From NCBI GenBank assembly GCA_016194745.1, contig JACQBA010000013.1, positions 64,822-128,821 on the forward strand: DNA of 64,000 nt. The letters are read 5' to 3'. How positions within the stretch are numbered: the first letter of the stretch is position 1; every line of letters begins with the position of its first letter. The notes beneath the pieces are model-generated. The model saw nothing but the letters and a program-made list of their open reading frames with translations, searched no databases and was not told where the DNA came from. Shown one piece after another: positions 9,076 to 19,481 of this stretch. Position numbers and translations under genes: made by a program. This DNA is from Elusimicrobiota bacterium (GTDB taxonomy: Bacteria; Elusimicrobiota; Elusimicrobia; UBA1565; JACRDR01).

Positions 9076-10647
9076 CTACTTGATCAAGACGGCGTCGGGA
9101 AGTTCGGCGCGTCGTCTCTTGCCGGAGGAGATAGGGCGCTCGCCGTATCCGGCGTCGCTCGCGGCGCCCGGCTGCGAGTCAAAGTTCCTCCACCAGCGCA
9201 GGACCGTGCTCTTGACGTTCTCGGCGACTCCGGGCCCCTCGGGCGCCCGTTCGTACTCCTCGCCGCGCGTGGCGCGCCGCGCGCCCGCCGCGCTCGCCGC
9301 GACGCGCGTCCGCGGCGCATCGCCGTCGTCCCCGTCGGCGGAACCGCGGAAATTCCCTCGCCGACGCGCGGGCGCCTCGAGCTCGGAACCCGTGCTCGCG
9401 TCTTCCCACGGCTCGAGCGTGCGTTCCCGGGGGCGCGGCGAATCGCTGACGCGCGCCGGACGTCGAGGGGCGGCGTCTTCAAGCCGCGCCGCCGGCGGCC
9501 GCCCTTCTCCGATGCCGAAGAATGATCTCCAGCCGCTCGCCTTGAGGGGCTCGGGCTCGCCGCCGTCCCACGGCTCGCGGTGAGGCGCGTACGCCTTGCG
9601 GCCCGGAGCGCTGCGCGGAGCGTCGAGGTACTCCTCTCGCTCCGTGGGGCGGGACGCGAGGCGGTCTTTTCTGTCGCGATCGCCGTCGCGGCCGGCGGTC
9701 GCCCCCCAGCCGATGCGGAAGGGCGCCACGACGCCGACGGACATGACGAAGCTCCGGTAGGCGGACTTGCCCAGCAGCTTCACCTCGCCGTTGAAGAACA
9801 TACTCAGGCGCGAGCGGTCCATCTGCGTGCCGAAGATGAAGCGCCCTTGGAACTCCTCCGGCGTCGAACTCGCCTCTCCCACGACCGGGATGATCAGCGC
9901 GTCGTTGAAGACCGACTCCATCCGGCCCCGCACCGAGCCGGACATGCGGTTGAGGCCGAAGCCCGCGAACGGCGTCCAGACGCCGTACGATTGGCTGGCC
10001 ACCGTGTTGACGCCGATGCTGTTGACGCTCCACTCCATCTTTCCATGGTTCTTCGAGTCGACGAAGGACCCGGGGATGAGTTCGAGGTTCTTGAACTCGT
10101 TGTAGAAGTTGAAGTGGCCGAACACGTGGTTGAAGTTGCCGGAGACGCTGAGCAGCGGCAGATCGCCGCCGTAGAAGTGCTTGCGCACGGAGAATCCCAG
10201 CGTGTTGCTCTGGCCTTCGCCCGTCGTCCCCGGCGTGAGCTTATAGCCGTTGGGGACCGTCATGTTCACGCCGCGCACGGAGAGGTCCCAGCGGTTCTCG
10301 AGTCCCATCCTGGCGTGCAGCGTCAGGTTCGGGAACATCACGCTGTCGGGCAGCAGCTTCTCGGGATGCATGTCCGCAAGCTGCTGCACCGCGACCTTCG
10401 GAAAGTTGGATTTGTCGAGCGGGAAGTTGCCGACGCCGAAACTGACGTCGGGCTGCACGTGCCAGGGCTTGAGCTCGGTCGGCGGGTCGAACGTCGACCC
10501 GGCGTTGAACGCGAGGCCGTCGCTCACGCCCTCCGTGAGCCACTGCATCATGTGCTTGTAGTCGTCGGACATGCTCGGGTTCTGAGCCGCTGCCGCGCCC
10601 GCCAACGACAATGCGGCCGCCGCCGCGGCCAGTATCCGCGCTCGCAT
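9076..10647 (-). CDS. secreted hypothetical protein: aromatic-rich N-terminal domain with Arg/Pro-rich disordered C-terminal tail
   Basis: 523-aa ORF with signal peptide MRARILAAAAAALSLAGAAAAQ. The first ~330 aa are rich in F/W/Y/G/N in strand-like segments. The C-terminal ~190 aa are R/P/E/D-rich low complexity. Confidence 0.6.
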   Translation of the reverse strand: MRARILAAAAAALSLAGAAAAQNPSMSDDYKHMMQWLTEGVSDGLAFNAGSTFDPPTELKPWHVQPDVSFGVGNFPLDKSNFPKVAVQQLADMHPEKLLPDSVMFPNLTLHARMGLENRWDLSVRGVNMTVPNGYKLTPGTTGEGQSNTLGFSVRKHFYGGDLPLLSVSGNFNHVFGHFNFYNEFKNLELIPGSFVDSKNHGKMEWSVNSIGVNTVASQSYGVWTPFAGFGLNRMSGSVRGRMESVFNDALIIPVVGEASSTPEEFQGRFIFGTQMDRSRLSMFFNGEVKLLGKSAYRSFVMSVGVVAPFRIGWGATAGRDGDRDRKDRLASRPTEREEYLDAPRSAPGRKAYAPHREPWDGGEPEPLKASGWRSFFGIGEGRPPAARLEDAAPRRPARVSDSPRPRERTLEPWEDASTGSELEAPARRRGNFRGSADGDDGDAPRTRVAASAAGARRATRGEEYERAPEGPGVAENVKSTVLRWWRNFDSQPGAASDAGYGERPISSGKRRRAELPDAVLIK

Positions 10648-10889
10648 CGCTTAGTTCTTTCCGGACAGCGGAGAGGTGCGGCTCGTTTTCCAGAGGTAGG
10701 AGCGAAGGTTGCGCTCCAGCGTCACCCGGACTCGATCGCGGACGGCCGGAATGCTGCAGGCATGCTTGGCCATCCCTTCCCTGCCCTTCCTTTCCTTTAC
10801 GGGGGTCATTGGATGACCGCTGTGGCGGTCGATTAGATTGTAGCCGCAGCCGTCGACGGTCACATGGGTCGAAGGACCTCGCCCGAGGC

Positions 10890-10960
10890 AAAAAAGGGCC
10901 CAATGGAGGTGGGCCTGGAAGGCCCAAGCTACCGCACTATTAAGGAAATAGGCCTATTTA
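10890..10960 (-). terminator. rho-independent terminator after the phosphoesterase gene, with adjacent 14-bp palindrome
   Basis: Read on the minus strand, AAATAGGCCTATTT (10947-10960) is followed by GC hairpins GGGCC-TTCCA-GGCCC and TGGGCC-N7-GGCCCA, then a T6 run (plus-strand A6 at 10890-10895). This lies immediately 3' of the stop at 10964. Confidence 0.55.
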
Positions 10961-10963
10961 CGA

Positions 10964-11707
10964 CTACTGGCCGTAGGCGAGACGCATGATCAAGAAATCG
11001 GGCAGGCCGGCCTCTTTCATCCGAGCCTGCACGGTCGGGATATCGTAAGGCACCCGCAGAAGGGTGAACTCCCGCTTGACGTCGTCGTAGACCCCGCACG
11101 AAGCGCGTTGATCGTGGTCGCGCGGCTGCCCAACGGAGCCCGGATTGATCACCCAGGGGATGTTCGGCTTGCAGACGACGCGCTCGCGGTCCGCCAGGAT
11201 GTGCGTCTTGGCGCCGAAGGGATTGGCCTCGTCCTTCGAGAAGCACCACGTGAGATGGCTGTGTCCGACGAAGCATGGAGAGATCTTGTAGTGGGCTTGG
11301 TTGTCCACGAACTGCTGCGGGGTCAGCAGGTACTCCTCCGACGGGCTGCGCGGGGAGCCGTGCACGATCGTGAACTCCGGGGTTTCGAGCCGGGTCGGCA
11401 TCGCCTCGAGGAATCCGGAGGCCTCTTTCGACAGCTTCCACCGCGTCCAAATCGCGGCCGCCTGCGCGTATGGATTGAACCAGGCGAGATCCATACGACC
11501 GATCACCGCGAGATCGTGGTTCCCGATCACCGCGTGCAGGGGCTTAAGCCCGGCGACGCGCTCCACCACCTCGTTGGGCGACGGCCCGTAGCCGACGAGA
11601 TCGCCGCAGCAGACGAACCCTTCGACGTCGTGGCGCTTGAAGGCGTCCAGCACCGCTTCCAGTGCTTCGATATTGGAATGCACGTCGGAAAAAACGCCCC
11701 AGATCAC
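10964..11707 (-). CDS. metallophosphoesterase (calcineurin-like, YfcE/MJ0936 family)
   Basis: 247 aa. Has the motifs FSDVHSN, GDLVGYGP and GNHD typical of small calcineurin-like phosphoesterases. It is the last gene of the AAA-ATPase operon. Confidence 0.8.
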   Translation of the reverse strand: MIWGVFSDVHSNIEALEAVLDAFKRHDVEGFVCCGDLVGYGPSPNEVVERVAGLKPLHAVIGNHDLAVIGRMDLAWFNPYAQAAAIWTRWKLSKEASGFLEAMPTRLETPEFTIVHGSPRSPSEEYLLTPQQFVDNQAHYKISPCFVGHSHLTWCFSKDEANPFGAKTHILADRERVVCKPNIPWVINPGSVGQPRDHDQRASCGVYDDVKREFTLLRVPYDIPTVQARMKEAGLPDFLIMRLAYGQ

Positions 11708-11732
11708 AGCCGCCTCCCGCTCGTCGCCCTCG

Positions 11733-11936
11733 TCATGAATGCCCCTGCGCTCGCTTCTCCTCGGAGCCGCGATGCTGGTAATGCACGTGGGAATGCAGGG
11801 CCTCCTTGATCGGGCCGAGCGAGTCCGAGATCTGCTTCGCCACCTCGGCGCAGGCCTGCGGAGGCCCCGAGACGACCTTCCACTTGACCTCGCCGCTCGG
11901 CGAGATGAAGATCTCCACTTCGATCTTGTCGGCCAT
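11733..11936 (-). CDS. small hypothetical protein (67 aa) with His-rich C-terminus
   Basis: MADKIEVEIFISPSGEVKWKVVSGPPQACAEVAKQISDSLGPIKEALHSHVHYQHRGSEEKRAQGHS. Its ATG overlaps the upstream stop (ATGA at 11934-11938), suggesting translational coupling. It sits at the tail of a spurious 513-aa Arg-rich track ORF. Confidence 0.45.
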   Translation of the reverse strand: MADKIEVEIFISPSGEVKWKVVSGPPQACAEVAKQISDSLGPIKEALHSHVHYQHRGSEEKRAQGHS

Positions 11937-12325
11937 CAGGACCACTTCCTCAACACGAGGCGCATCGTGTTGTCGGCCTGCGCCTGCTCTTCGGCGAGCG
12001 TGAACCCCTTCGCCTGGAGGTCCTTCACGACCTTCTGATAGGCGTAGCGCTGGACGATCTGCTGGATCGACGTCTGCTGCGCCTGCGCCTGCTCCTTCGT
12101 GAGGCCGGAGGAATCCGTCACGATGCGAAATCCGTCCTTCGTCTTGACGACGCCGGCGTCCCGGCCCAAGGCGTCCTTGAAGGCGAGTTCCACCTTCTGC
12201 ATCTGGCCGACGGAGTCCTTCACGGTCGTCGCGGCGCTCGACGCGACGCCGAGCGCGATCAAGGACGCCGCGAACTCCGCGATGCTGAGGATGGCGGGGA
12301 CCAGCATGTTCACCGTGCAAGGCAT
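11936..12325 (-). CDS. small membrane protein (129 aa): N-terminal TM helix plus soluble domain
   Basis: N-terminal hydrophobic segment LVPAILSIAEFAASLIALGVASS, then a Q/K-rich soluble region. Lies 4 nt after the upstream gene and couples to the downstream 67-aa gene. Confidence 0.5.
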   Translation of the reverse strand: MPCTVNMLVPAILSIAEFAASLIALGVASSAATTVKDSVGQMQKVELAFKDALGRDAGVVKTKDGFRIVTDSSGLTKEQAQAQQTSIQQIVQRYAYQKVVKDLQAKGFTLAEEQAQADNTMRLVLRKWS

Positions 12326-12328
12326 GCG

Positions 12329-13294
12329 TCAGTTCCTCCAGAGCCAAAACCGCAGCGCGGCCCACAACACCAGCACTCCGATCGTGACGATCGCGCCGGG
12401 AAGCTTGGCCTTCGCCACGTCGTAGCGCTTCTGCGCGTCCTCCAGCGTCCGCTCCGACTCGATGGACTCCAGGCTGCGCGGGGCCGCCAAGTCCCTCGGC
12501 GCGGCGTTCTTCCAAAAATCGACGTCCCCGTCCGTCGGCGCGACGGTGTCGCTCGGACGGTACTTCACCTTGGATCCGAACTGCCTCAAGTACTCCATGA
12601 GGGCCGGCGTCACGCCTTTGTCTTCGATGTATTTGAACAGCTGCATCATCTCCGGCCGCGCGTTCGGGTCGTCGGAGCGGTACACCATCTTGTCGATGCG
12701 GATCACCGTGACGCGGTTGCCTTGGAAGACCTCCACGTTGCCGCTTACCACGCGCCCCGCGGCCTCGCCCGGCTGGGACGTGAGGCCCTCGATCGGCACC
12801 GAATCGGCGGGCTTGCGCCGGCGGCGCTGCCATTCGGCGAGCAACTGCGGGCTGTAGCTCTTGACGCGGATCTCCTCCATCAGCGCGCGCACGTCGGCGG
12901 GCACGTTCTTGTCCTTCGACCGGTACGTGATCCCGTCGAGCACCACGACGATGTCCTCCAGGCTGCCGTCGACCTCGCGGTTTCCCTTGACGCGGATCCA
13001 TCGGTGGCACGCCCAGCAGATCTCGCGCTCTTTCTCGTTGGATTGACTGCAATGGACGCACACGACGGCGTCCTCCGGAACCTTCGCGCCGCCCTCCGCG
13101 AGCCGGACCGGCATGGATTTCGGAGGCGGCGCGGACGACGGCGGCGCGGCGGGGGGCGGGGCGGCGCCGGCGACCGGGGACGGCGCCAAGCCGATCTCCA
13201 GCTTCTCGAACCGGTTGAGCTGCTGGATCGCGGCCTTTACGTCCTCGGGCAGCTCGCTCTCGCCTTCGATCCACTCGAATCTATCGGGCGCCAT
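12329..13294 (-). CDS. zinc-ribbon tail-anchored protein with an internally duplicated domain
   Basis: 321 aa. CxxC...CxxC ribbon (CVHCSQSNEKEREICWACHRW). Two repeats are visible: VVVLDGITYRSKDKNVPADVRALMEEIRVK and VTVIRIDKMVYRSDDPNARPEMMQLFKYIEDK. C-terminal TM anchor is GAIVTIGVLVLWAALRFWLW. The gene is 13 nt downstream of the AAA ATPase gene. Confidence 0.6.
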   Translation of the reverse strand: MAPDRFEWIEGESELPEDVKAAIQQLNRFEKLEIGLAPSPVAGAAPPPAAPPSSAPPPKSMPVRLAEGGAKVPEDAVVCVHCSQSNEKEREICWACHRWIRVKGNREVDGSLEDIVVVLDGITYRSKDKNVPADVRALMEEIRVKSYSPQLLAEWQRRRRKPADSVPIEGLTSQPGEAAGRVVSGNVEVFQGNRVTVIRIDKMVYRSDDPNARPEMMQLFKYIEDKGVTPALMEYLRQFGSKVKYRPSDTVAPTDGDVDFWKNAAPRDLAAPRSLESIESERTLEDAQKRYDVAKAKLPGAIVTIGVLVLWAALRFWLWRN

Positions 13295-13306
13295 AACGGG
13301 GGTCGC

Positions 13307-14896
13307 TCAGGTGAGCTCCACCTTGCGGTCGAAACCGCCGGCTCGCATCGCCGGCGCGACTCCGTTTCCGCCGACGACGGAGGCCGGCCGAGCCCGCGTC
13401 GACGCCCACGCGCGCAGGTCCTCGATCTCCTCCTTCATCGTGCGAGACAGCGGGATCATCGCCTTGACCGCGTCCGCGAGGTCCGCGTTCGCGATGTCCC
13501 GCCCCTTGTTGAACGCATCGTAGAGGGAGGCGGTGACGGCCTGCTCGATCTCGGAGCCGGAGAACCCGTCGCTCAGGCGCGCGAGCTCGGCCACGTCAAA
13601 CTTCGACGGATCGCGCTTCTTGGCGCGAATATGGATGTCGAAGATGAGCGCGCGCTCCTGCGCGCTCGGGAGGTCCACGAAGAATATCTCGTCGAGACGC
13701 CCCTTGCGGAGAAGCTCGGGAGGCAGGAGCTTGATATTGTTCGCCGTCGCCGCGACGAACACCGACTTTTTCTTTTCCTGGAGCCACGTAAGAAAGGTCG
13801 AGAACACTCGCGCCGTCGTTCCGCCGTCGGAGAAGTTCGAGGACTGCGTGCCGGCCAGGCCCTTTTCGATCTCGTCGAGCCACAGGACGCAGGGCGCGAC
13901 CGATTCCGCGGTCTTGATGGCGCGCCGCATGTTCTCCTCGGATTGGCCCACGAAGCCGCCGAAGATCGCGCCCATGTCCATGCGCAAGAGCGGCAGCTTC
14001 CACAGCCCCGCCACCGCCTTGCACGTGAGGGACTTGCCGCAGCCCTGCACGCCCAGGAGCAGGATCCCTTTCGGCTGCGGGAGCCCGAACTTCCGCGCGT
14101 CCTCGGAGAACGCGCGCCCGCGCTTCATCAGCCAATCCTTGAGCACCTCGAGGCCGCCGATGTTCCCGAACCGCTCGTTGGCCTCGTAGTACTCGAGCTG
14201 ACGGGACTTGCGGATGACCTGTTTGATCTCCTGCAAGATGACGTCGATCGCCTCCAGGCCGAGCTTGCCGTTGGTGACGATCGACTTGGCGAAGGCGTTC
14301 TCGGCCTCCGACAGCGTCATGCCGACGGCCGACTGCACGATGCGCTCGCGGTCGCCCGGTCCGAGCTCGACCTTGAACTTGCTCCCGTTCATCGAGGCGT
14401 TGACCGCGTCGTCGAACAGCGTGGAGAGCTCCTGCGCGCCGGGCAAGTCGTAGTCGACGACCGTGACATCCTTCTCGAGCTCCGTCGGAATGACCAAGGT
14501 CGGCGACATGATGAGGAGCGACTTGTAGCTGGGCTTGAGGACCTGGACGATGTCCCGCAGGCGCCGGATGACGCCCGCGTCCTGCATGAACGCGTGGAAA
14601 TCCTTCAGGATGAACAGCGCCTCGTGGTTGGACTTGGCGATGAAGTCGAGCGCGGCCTGCGGGTCGCGAGCGGTGTTGTCCGGCGTCTTCCCCCGCTCGC
14701 ACATCCCCTGGGTGACTGACCAAGAGAACAGCTTCTTGTTGCGCCTCTGCGCGATACGCGCCAGCATCGCCTCGGCCCGGTGCTCCTCCCAGGTGACGAA
14801 GTATATAAGGGGATAGCGCGCGCGGATGAGGACCTCGAGTTCGGCCTCTTGTTGGTTGGACACGATTGGTGAGCGCGGACGGCGCTCCTGAAGCAT
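13307..14896 (-). CDS. AAA+ ATPase (classical AAA clade) with ~270-aa N-terminal domain
   Basis: Walker A LLLGVQGCGKSLT, Walker B VLWLDEIEK, sensor-1 ATANN, and an Arg region LLRKGRLDEIFFVDLP. I chose the ATG at 14896 as start; the track uses TTG at 14920. A consensus promoter overlaps the start, so the exact start is uncertain. Confidence 0.85.
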   Translation of the reverse strand: MLQERRPRSPIVSNQQEAELEVLIRARYPLIYFVTWEEHRAEAMLARIAQRRNKKLFSWSVTQGMCERGKTPDNTARDPQAALDFIAKSNHEALFILKDFHAFMQDAGVIRRLRDIVQVLKPSYKSLLIMSPTLVIPTELEKDVTVVDYDLPGAQELSTLFDDAVNASMNGSKFKVELGPGDRERIVQSAVGMTLSEAENAFAKSIVTNGKLGLEAIDVILQEIKQVIRKSRQLEYYEANERFGNIGGLEVLKDWLMKRGRAFSEDARKFGLPQPKGILLLGVQGCGKSLTCKAVAGLWKLPLLRMDMGAIFGGFVGQSEENMRRAIKTAESVAPCVLWLDEIEKGLAGTQSSNFSDGGTTARVFSTFLTWLQEKKKSVFVAATANNIKLLPPELLRKGRLDEIFFVDLPSAQERALIFDIHIRAKKRDPSKFDVAELARLSDGFSGSEIEQAVTASLYDAFNKGRDIANADLADAVKAMIPLSRTMKEEIEDLRAWASTRARPASVVGGNGVAPAMRAGGFDRKVELT

Positions 14897-14920
14897 AGGC
14901 CCGGGCCGAATCTCTGTCAA
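14892..14920 (-). promoter_or_regulatory. sigma70-like promoter TTGACA-N17-TATGCT overlapping the start of the AAA ATPase gene
   Basis: On the minus strand, TTGACA is plus-strand tgtcaa at 14915-14920 and TATGCT is plus-strand agcata at 14892-14897, with a 17-nt spacer. On the plus strand, an extended -10 TGgTATAAT sits at 14938-14946 for the divergent gene. Confidence 0.4.
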
Positions 14921-14952
14921 GACCGCGCGTCTCGGCTTGGTATAATCGCGTC

Positions 14953-15498
14953 GTGCTGCGGGAAGTGTCGACGGTCAGCCAGCCGCGAGGGGAAAGACGC
15001 CGACGTCTATTCTCGGGGCCCGGCACCGACCTTTACGTCTTCTTCAACGACGACGGCTCGGTCTTCGCGATCCAGTTCCTATACCATCTTCCTCGAGAAC
15101 CCTGGCTCGCCGTCTTCTGGTCTCAGGCGGAAGGCTACAGCACGTTCCAGGTGACTTCCATGGAGGGAGGTTCCGCAATGTGGGATCAGGGCCTGGGACT
15201 CGATCCTATACCCCGGCACAAGATCTCCATAGATCAGACGATCGCCGTCCTGACGGAAAACGACGACGAGCTTGATGACGTACTGCGTCTGCGGGTCCGG
15301 GAGATCATCCGAGGTTTTCCCACCCCTGATCCTTGCCCCGATTGCAAGCCGGGCCGCCGTCCCGTAGCGTACTGCCTCCACTGCCAGCTGAGTCTCTGCG
15401 GCGAATGCAGGTCCAAGCGCATCCATGAGCCTTGCCGACATGCGCCTCCCTCGAGCCGCCCGCAGGGGGGCTGCCACTTCTGGGACGATCAGGTGTAG
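14953..15498 (+). CDS. hypothetical protein with C-terminal Cys-rich (B-box/zinc-ribbon-like) cluster
   Basis: 181-aa ORF with the C-terminal cluster CPDCKPGRRPVAYCLHCQLSLCGECRSKRIHEPC, divergent from the AAA gene. The GTG start at 14953 lies right at the predicted TSS of the TATAAT at 14941-14946, so the real start may be an internal Met near 15163. Confidence 0.35.
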   Translation: MLREVSTVSQPRGERRRRLFSGPGTDLYVFFNDDGSVFAIQFLYHLPREPWLAVFWSQAEGYSTFQVTSMEGGSAMWDQGLGLDPIPRHKISIDQTIAVLTENDDELDDVLRLRVREIIRGFPTPDPCPDCKPGRRPVAYCLHCQLSLCGECRSKRIHEPCRHAPPSSRPQGGCHFWDDQV

Positions 15499-15507
15499 AT
15501 TGCCGGC

Positions 15508-17607
<2,100 letters not shown>

Positions 17608-17609
17608 CT

Positions 17610-17638
17610 AGTATGGGCGACGAACGCCCCGATGTCAA
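17610..17638 (-). promoter_or_regulatory. sigma70-like promoter for the kinase gene (TTGACA-N17-CATACT, then AGGCGG)
   Basis: The minus-strand read TTGACAtcggggcgttcgtcgccCATACTaggcgg lies 36 nt upstream of the ATG. The same -35, spacing, -10 and discriminator occur upstream of the glycosyltransferase gene. Confidence 0.5.
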
Positions 17639-17652
17639 CAACGCGGCGGCCG

Positions 17653-19350
17653 TCATCGGCGGACATGCGAGATCCGCATGTAGCTCTCGGCCGTGATCTG
17701 GATCTCCTGGCGCGTCTGCAGCGTGAACGCGCCGTCCAATGCGGTGGCCGGCTCGACGAGTCCGGTGCCGTACTGGACGCGCTGGAATACGACGATATCG
17801 AGATAGAGGTGGCGGGCGAGCTCGTTGAGCAGGTCGGCTTTGGCCGCGTTCGCGTAGCCGATGTCCACCGCGCCGTATCCGAGCGCCGTAAACTGCCCCG
17901 GCCTGTCGCCGATCACGAGGATCCGCTTCTCCCCGAGCGCGCGTAGGTATGCCGTCTCGGCGTCGGTCTCGCGGACCAGCGTGAGCGTATTGATGAATTT
18001 ATTCTCGACCGCGATCGGATGATACAGCGCGACGAGCGCGAGCGCGGCCAGAAGAAGCCGGCCCGGCGTAACGACCTCCGGCGCATAAGCGCGCAGCGCC
18101 ACCGGAAGCAGCGACGCGGCGACGGCCCATGCCATAAAGAGGCGCGCGGACGAGGGCTCCTGAAACCGGCCGGCGTAGTAGGCGAGCAAGACCGCGGCCT
18201 GCGCGGCGAACACCGCCGCCGCGATCGCGCACCAGTGCCGCCGCCGCGGCGAATCGAGAAGGAGCGGCTCTCGGGACTCGCGGAACGCGGCCAGGACCAC
18301 CACGCCGATCGAGACCGCGAAGAGCGGGATCGCATAAGGGAGATAGAAGCCGCAGTCGACCAAGCCTAAAGCCGCCGAGCGGGCGTTCGTCCACACGTGG
18401 GCGAGACCGAACGCGGGCACGTCCGGCGGATTCTCCAGCCGCCCGGCGCGGAACATCAAGGACTGCAGGATCACCGGCAGCAGCATGACCGGCGTCAAGG
18501 CGTAGACGTACCCGAACCGGCGCAGCAGGTCCGCCCTAAGGTAGCCGAACGCCCACAGCATCCCGAGGATGAGCGCCGCATATAGCGCCGATTCGTAGCG
18601 CGCGTGGCAGAGCACCAGCAGCAAAGTCCAGAGGAAAGCGAGGCTCTCCGCCGTCGGCCGCCGCATGAAGGCGTACGCCGCCGCCAACGAGCCGAAGAGC
18701 AGCGCCGTCGCCAGAAGATCGTGTCCCGCCGAAGACGCGAAAAGCGTCACGACGGGCTGGGCGGCCACCAGGAGGACCGCCGCCGCGCCGGTGGTTCCAT
18801 CGAAGGCCCTCCGGACGAACCAGAACACTCCCCAAAGCAGCGCGAACAATGCGAGAAAGTTTAGAGCGAAGGCATTTTGATAGCGATAGCCTGTGGCGGT
18901 ATGCAACGCGCTGGTCAAGAATGGAAACAGGAGGCGTCGCTTGTCGAGCTCGCGAAGGATCGGCGTGAAGTAGCCGTAATACCATTTCCCCATCGTGACG
19001 TTGTAGGCGCTTCGCTCTAGAAACATCGACCGAGAAATGCCGAGAAGATTCGTCTCGTCGCTCAGCGTCCTAAAGTTCGGCGGGACCGAGAGGAAGCAAA
19101 ACGCCGCCACGGCCAGCGCGAAGGCGAGCCCGGCCCGATTGCGCTTCAGGAATTCCTTGGGCTCCGCGTTCTCCGACCGAAGAAGGATCCACGCCTGGGC
19201 AAGCCAAAGCAGGGAGAGCAGAAGCAGCAGATAGTAAGAGGTCGCGCCGAACGCGCGCCCGAGCCCGCCGCTCGACGCCCGCGCGAAGAATAGAAAGCCC
19301 AGGCAGGCCAGCGTGGTGAGCCCCGTCCATTCCCGGGTCCCGAATCTCAT
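17653..19350 (-). CDS. integral-membrane glycosyltransferase, GT-C fold (ArnT/PMT-like, putative)
   Basis: 565-aa protein with about 11 hydrophobic helices and short loops (FFARA, YYLLLLLSLLWL, FLALFALLWGVFWF). This architecture is typical of GT39/GT83/GT87 membrane transferases. No catalytic motif could be verified by eye. Confidence 0.55.
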   Translation of the reverse strand: MRFGTREWTGLTTLACLGFLFFARASSGGLGRAFGATSYYLLLLLSLLWLAQAWILLRSENAEPKEFLKRNRAGLAFALAVAAFCFLSVPPNFRTLSDETNLLGISRSMFLERSAYNVTMGKWYYGYFTPILRELDKRRLLFPFLTSALHTATGYRYQNAFALNFLALFALLWGVFWFVRRAFDGTTGAAAVLLVAAQPVVTLFASSAGHDLLATALLFGSLAAAYAFMRRPTAESLAFLWTLLLVLCHARYESALYAALILGMLWAFGYLRADLLRRFGYVYALTPVMLLPVILQSLMFRAGRLENPPDVPAFGLAHVWTNARSAALGLVDCGFYLPYAIPLFAVSIGVVVLAAFRESREPLLLDSPRRRHWCAIAAAVFAAQAAVLLAYYAGRFQEPSSARLFMAWAVAASLLPVALRAYAPEVVTPGRLLLAALALVALYHPIAVENKFINTLTLVRETDAETAYLRALGEKRILVIGDRPGQFTALGYGAVDIGYANAAKADLLNELARHLYLDIVVFQRVQYGTGLVEPATALDGAFTLQTRQEIQITAESYMRISHVRR

Positions 19351-19409
19351 GGGAGAGCCGGCGCCGAAAGTCGTCGCATAGGTGTGCCGGATCGAGTCCG
19401 CGCCGCCCT

Positions 19410-19438
19410 AGTATGGAGGCAGTGCCCAGGCGTGTCAA
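19410..19438 (-). promoter_or_regulatory. sigma70-like promoter for the glycosyltransferase gene (TTGACA-N17-CATACT, then AGGGCGG)
   Basis: The minus-strand read is TTGACAcgcctgggcactgcctcCATACTagggcggcg. The hexamers and spacing are identical to the kinase promoter. Confidence 0.5.
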
Positions 19439-19481
19439 TCTCCGCCCAGTGCCGTAGGACTCAGCGGGACGCCGGTTGGAA

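Noticed and set aside
10651-10863. 70-aa ORF between the phosphoesterase terminator and the start of the secreted protein gene
   Set aside because: It lies in what is most likely the 5' UTR and promoter region of the 9076-10647 gene, directly after a strong terminator. It has no supporting signals and its composition is unconvincing.
11733-13274. 513-aa minus-strand ORF spanning the small-protein operon
   Set aside because: It is an Arg-rich junk frame. Only its last 67 codons form a plausible small gene (the ATG at 11936 overlaps the upstream stop). The real genes 11936-12325 and 12329-13294 are in other frames.
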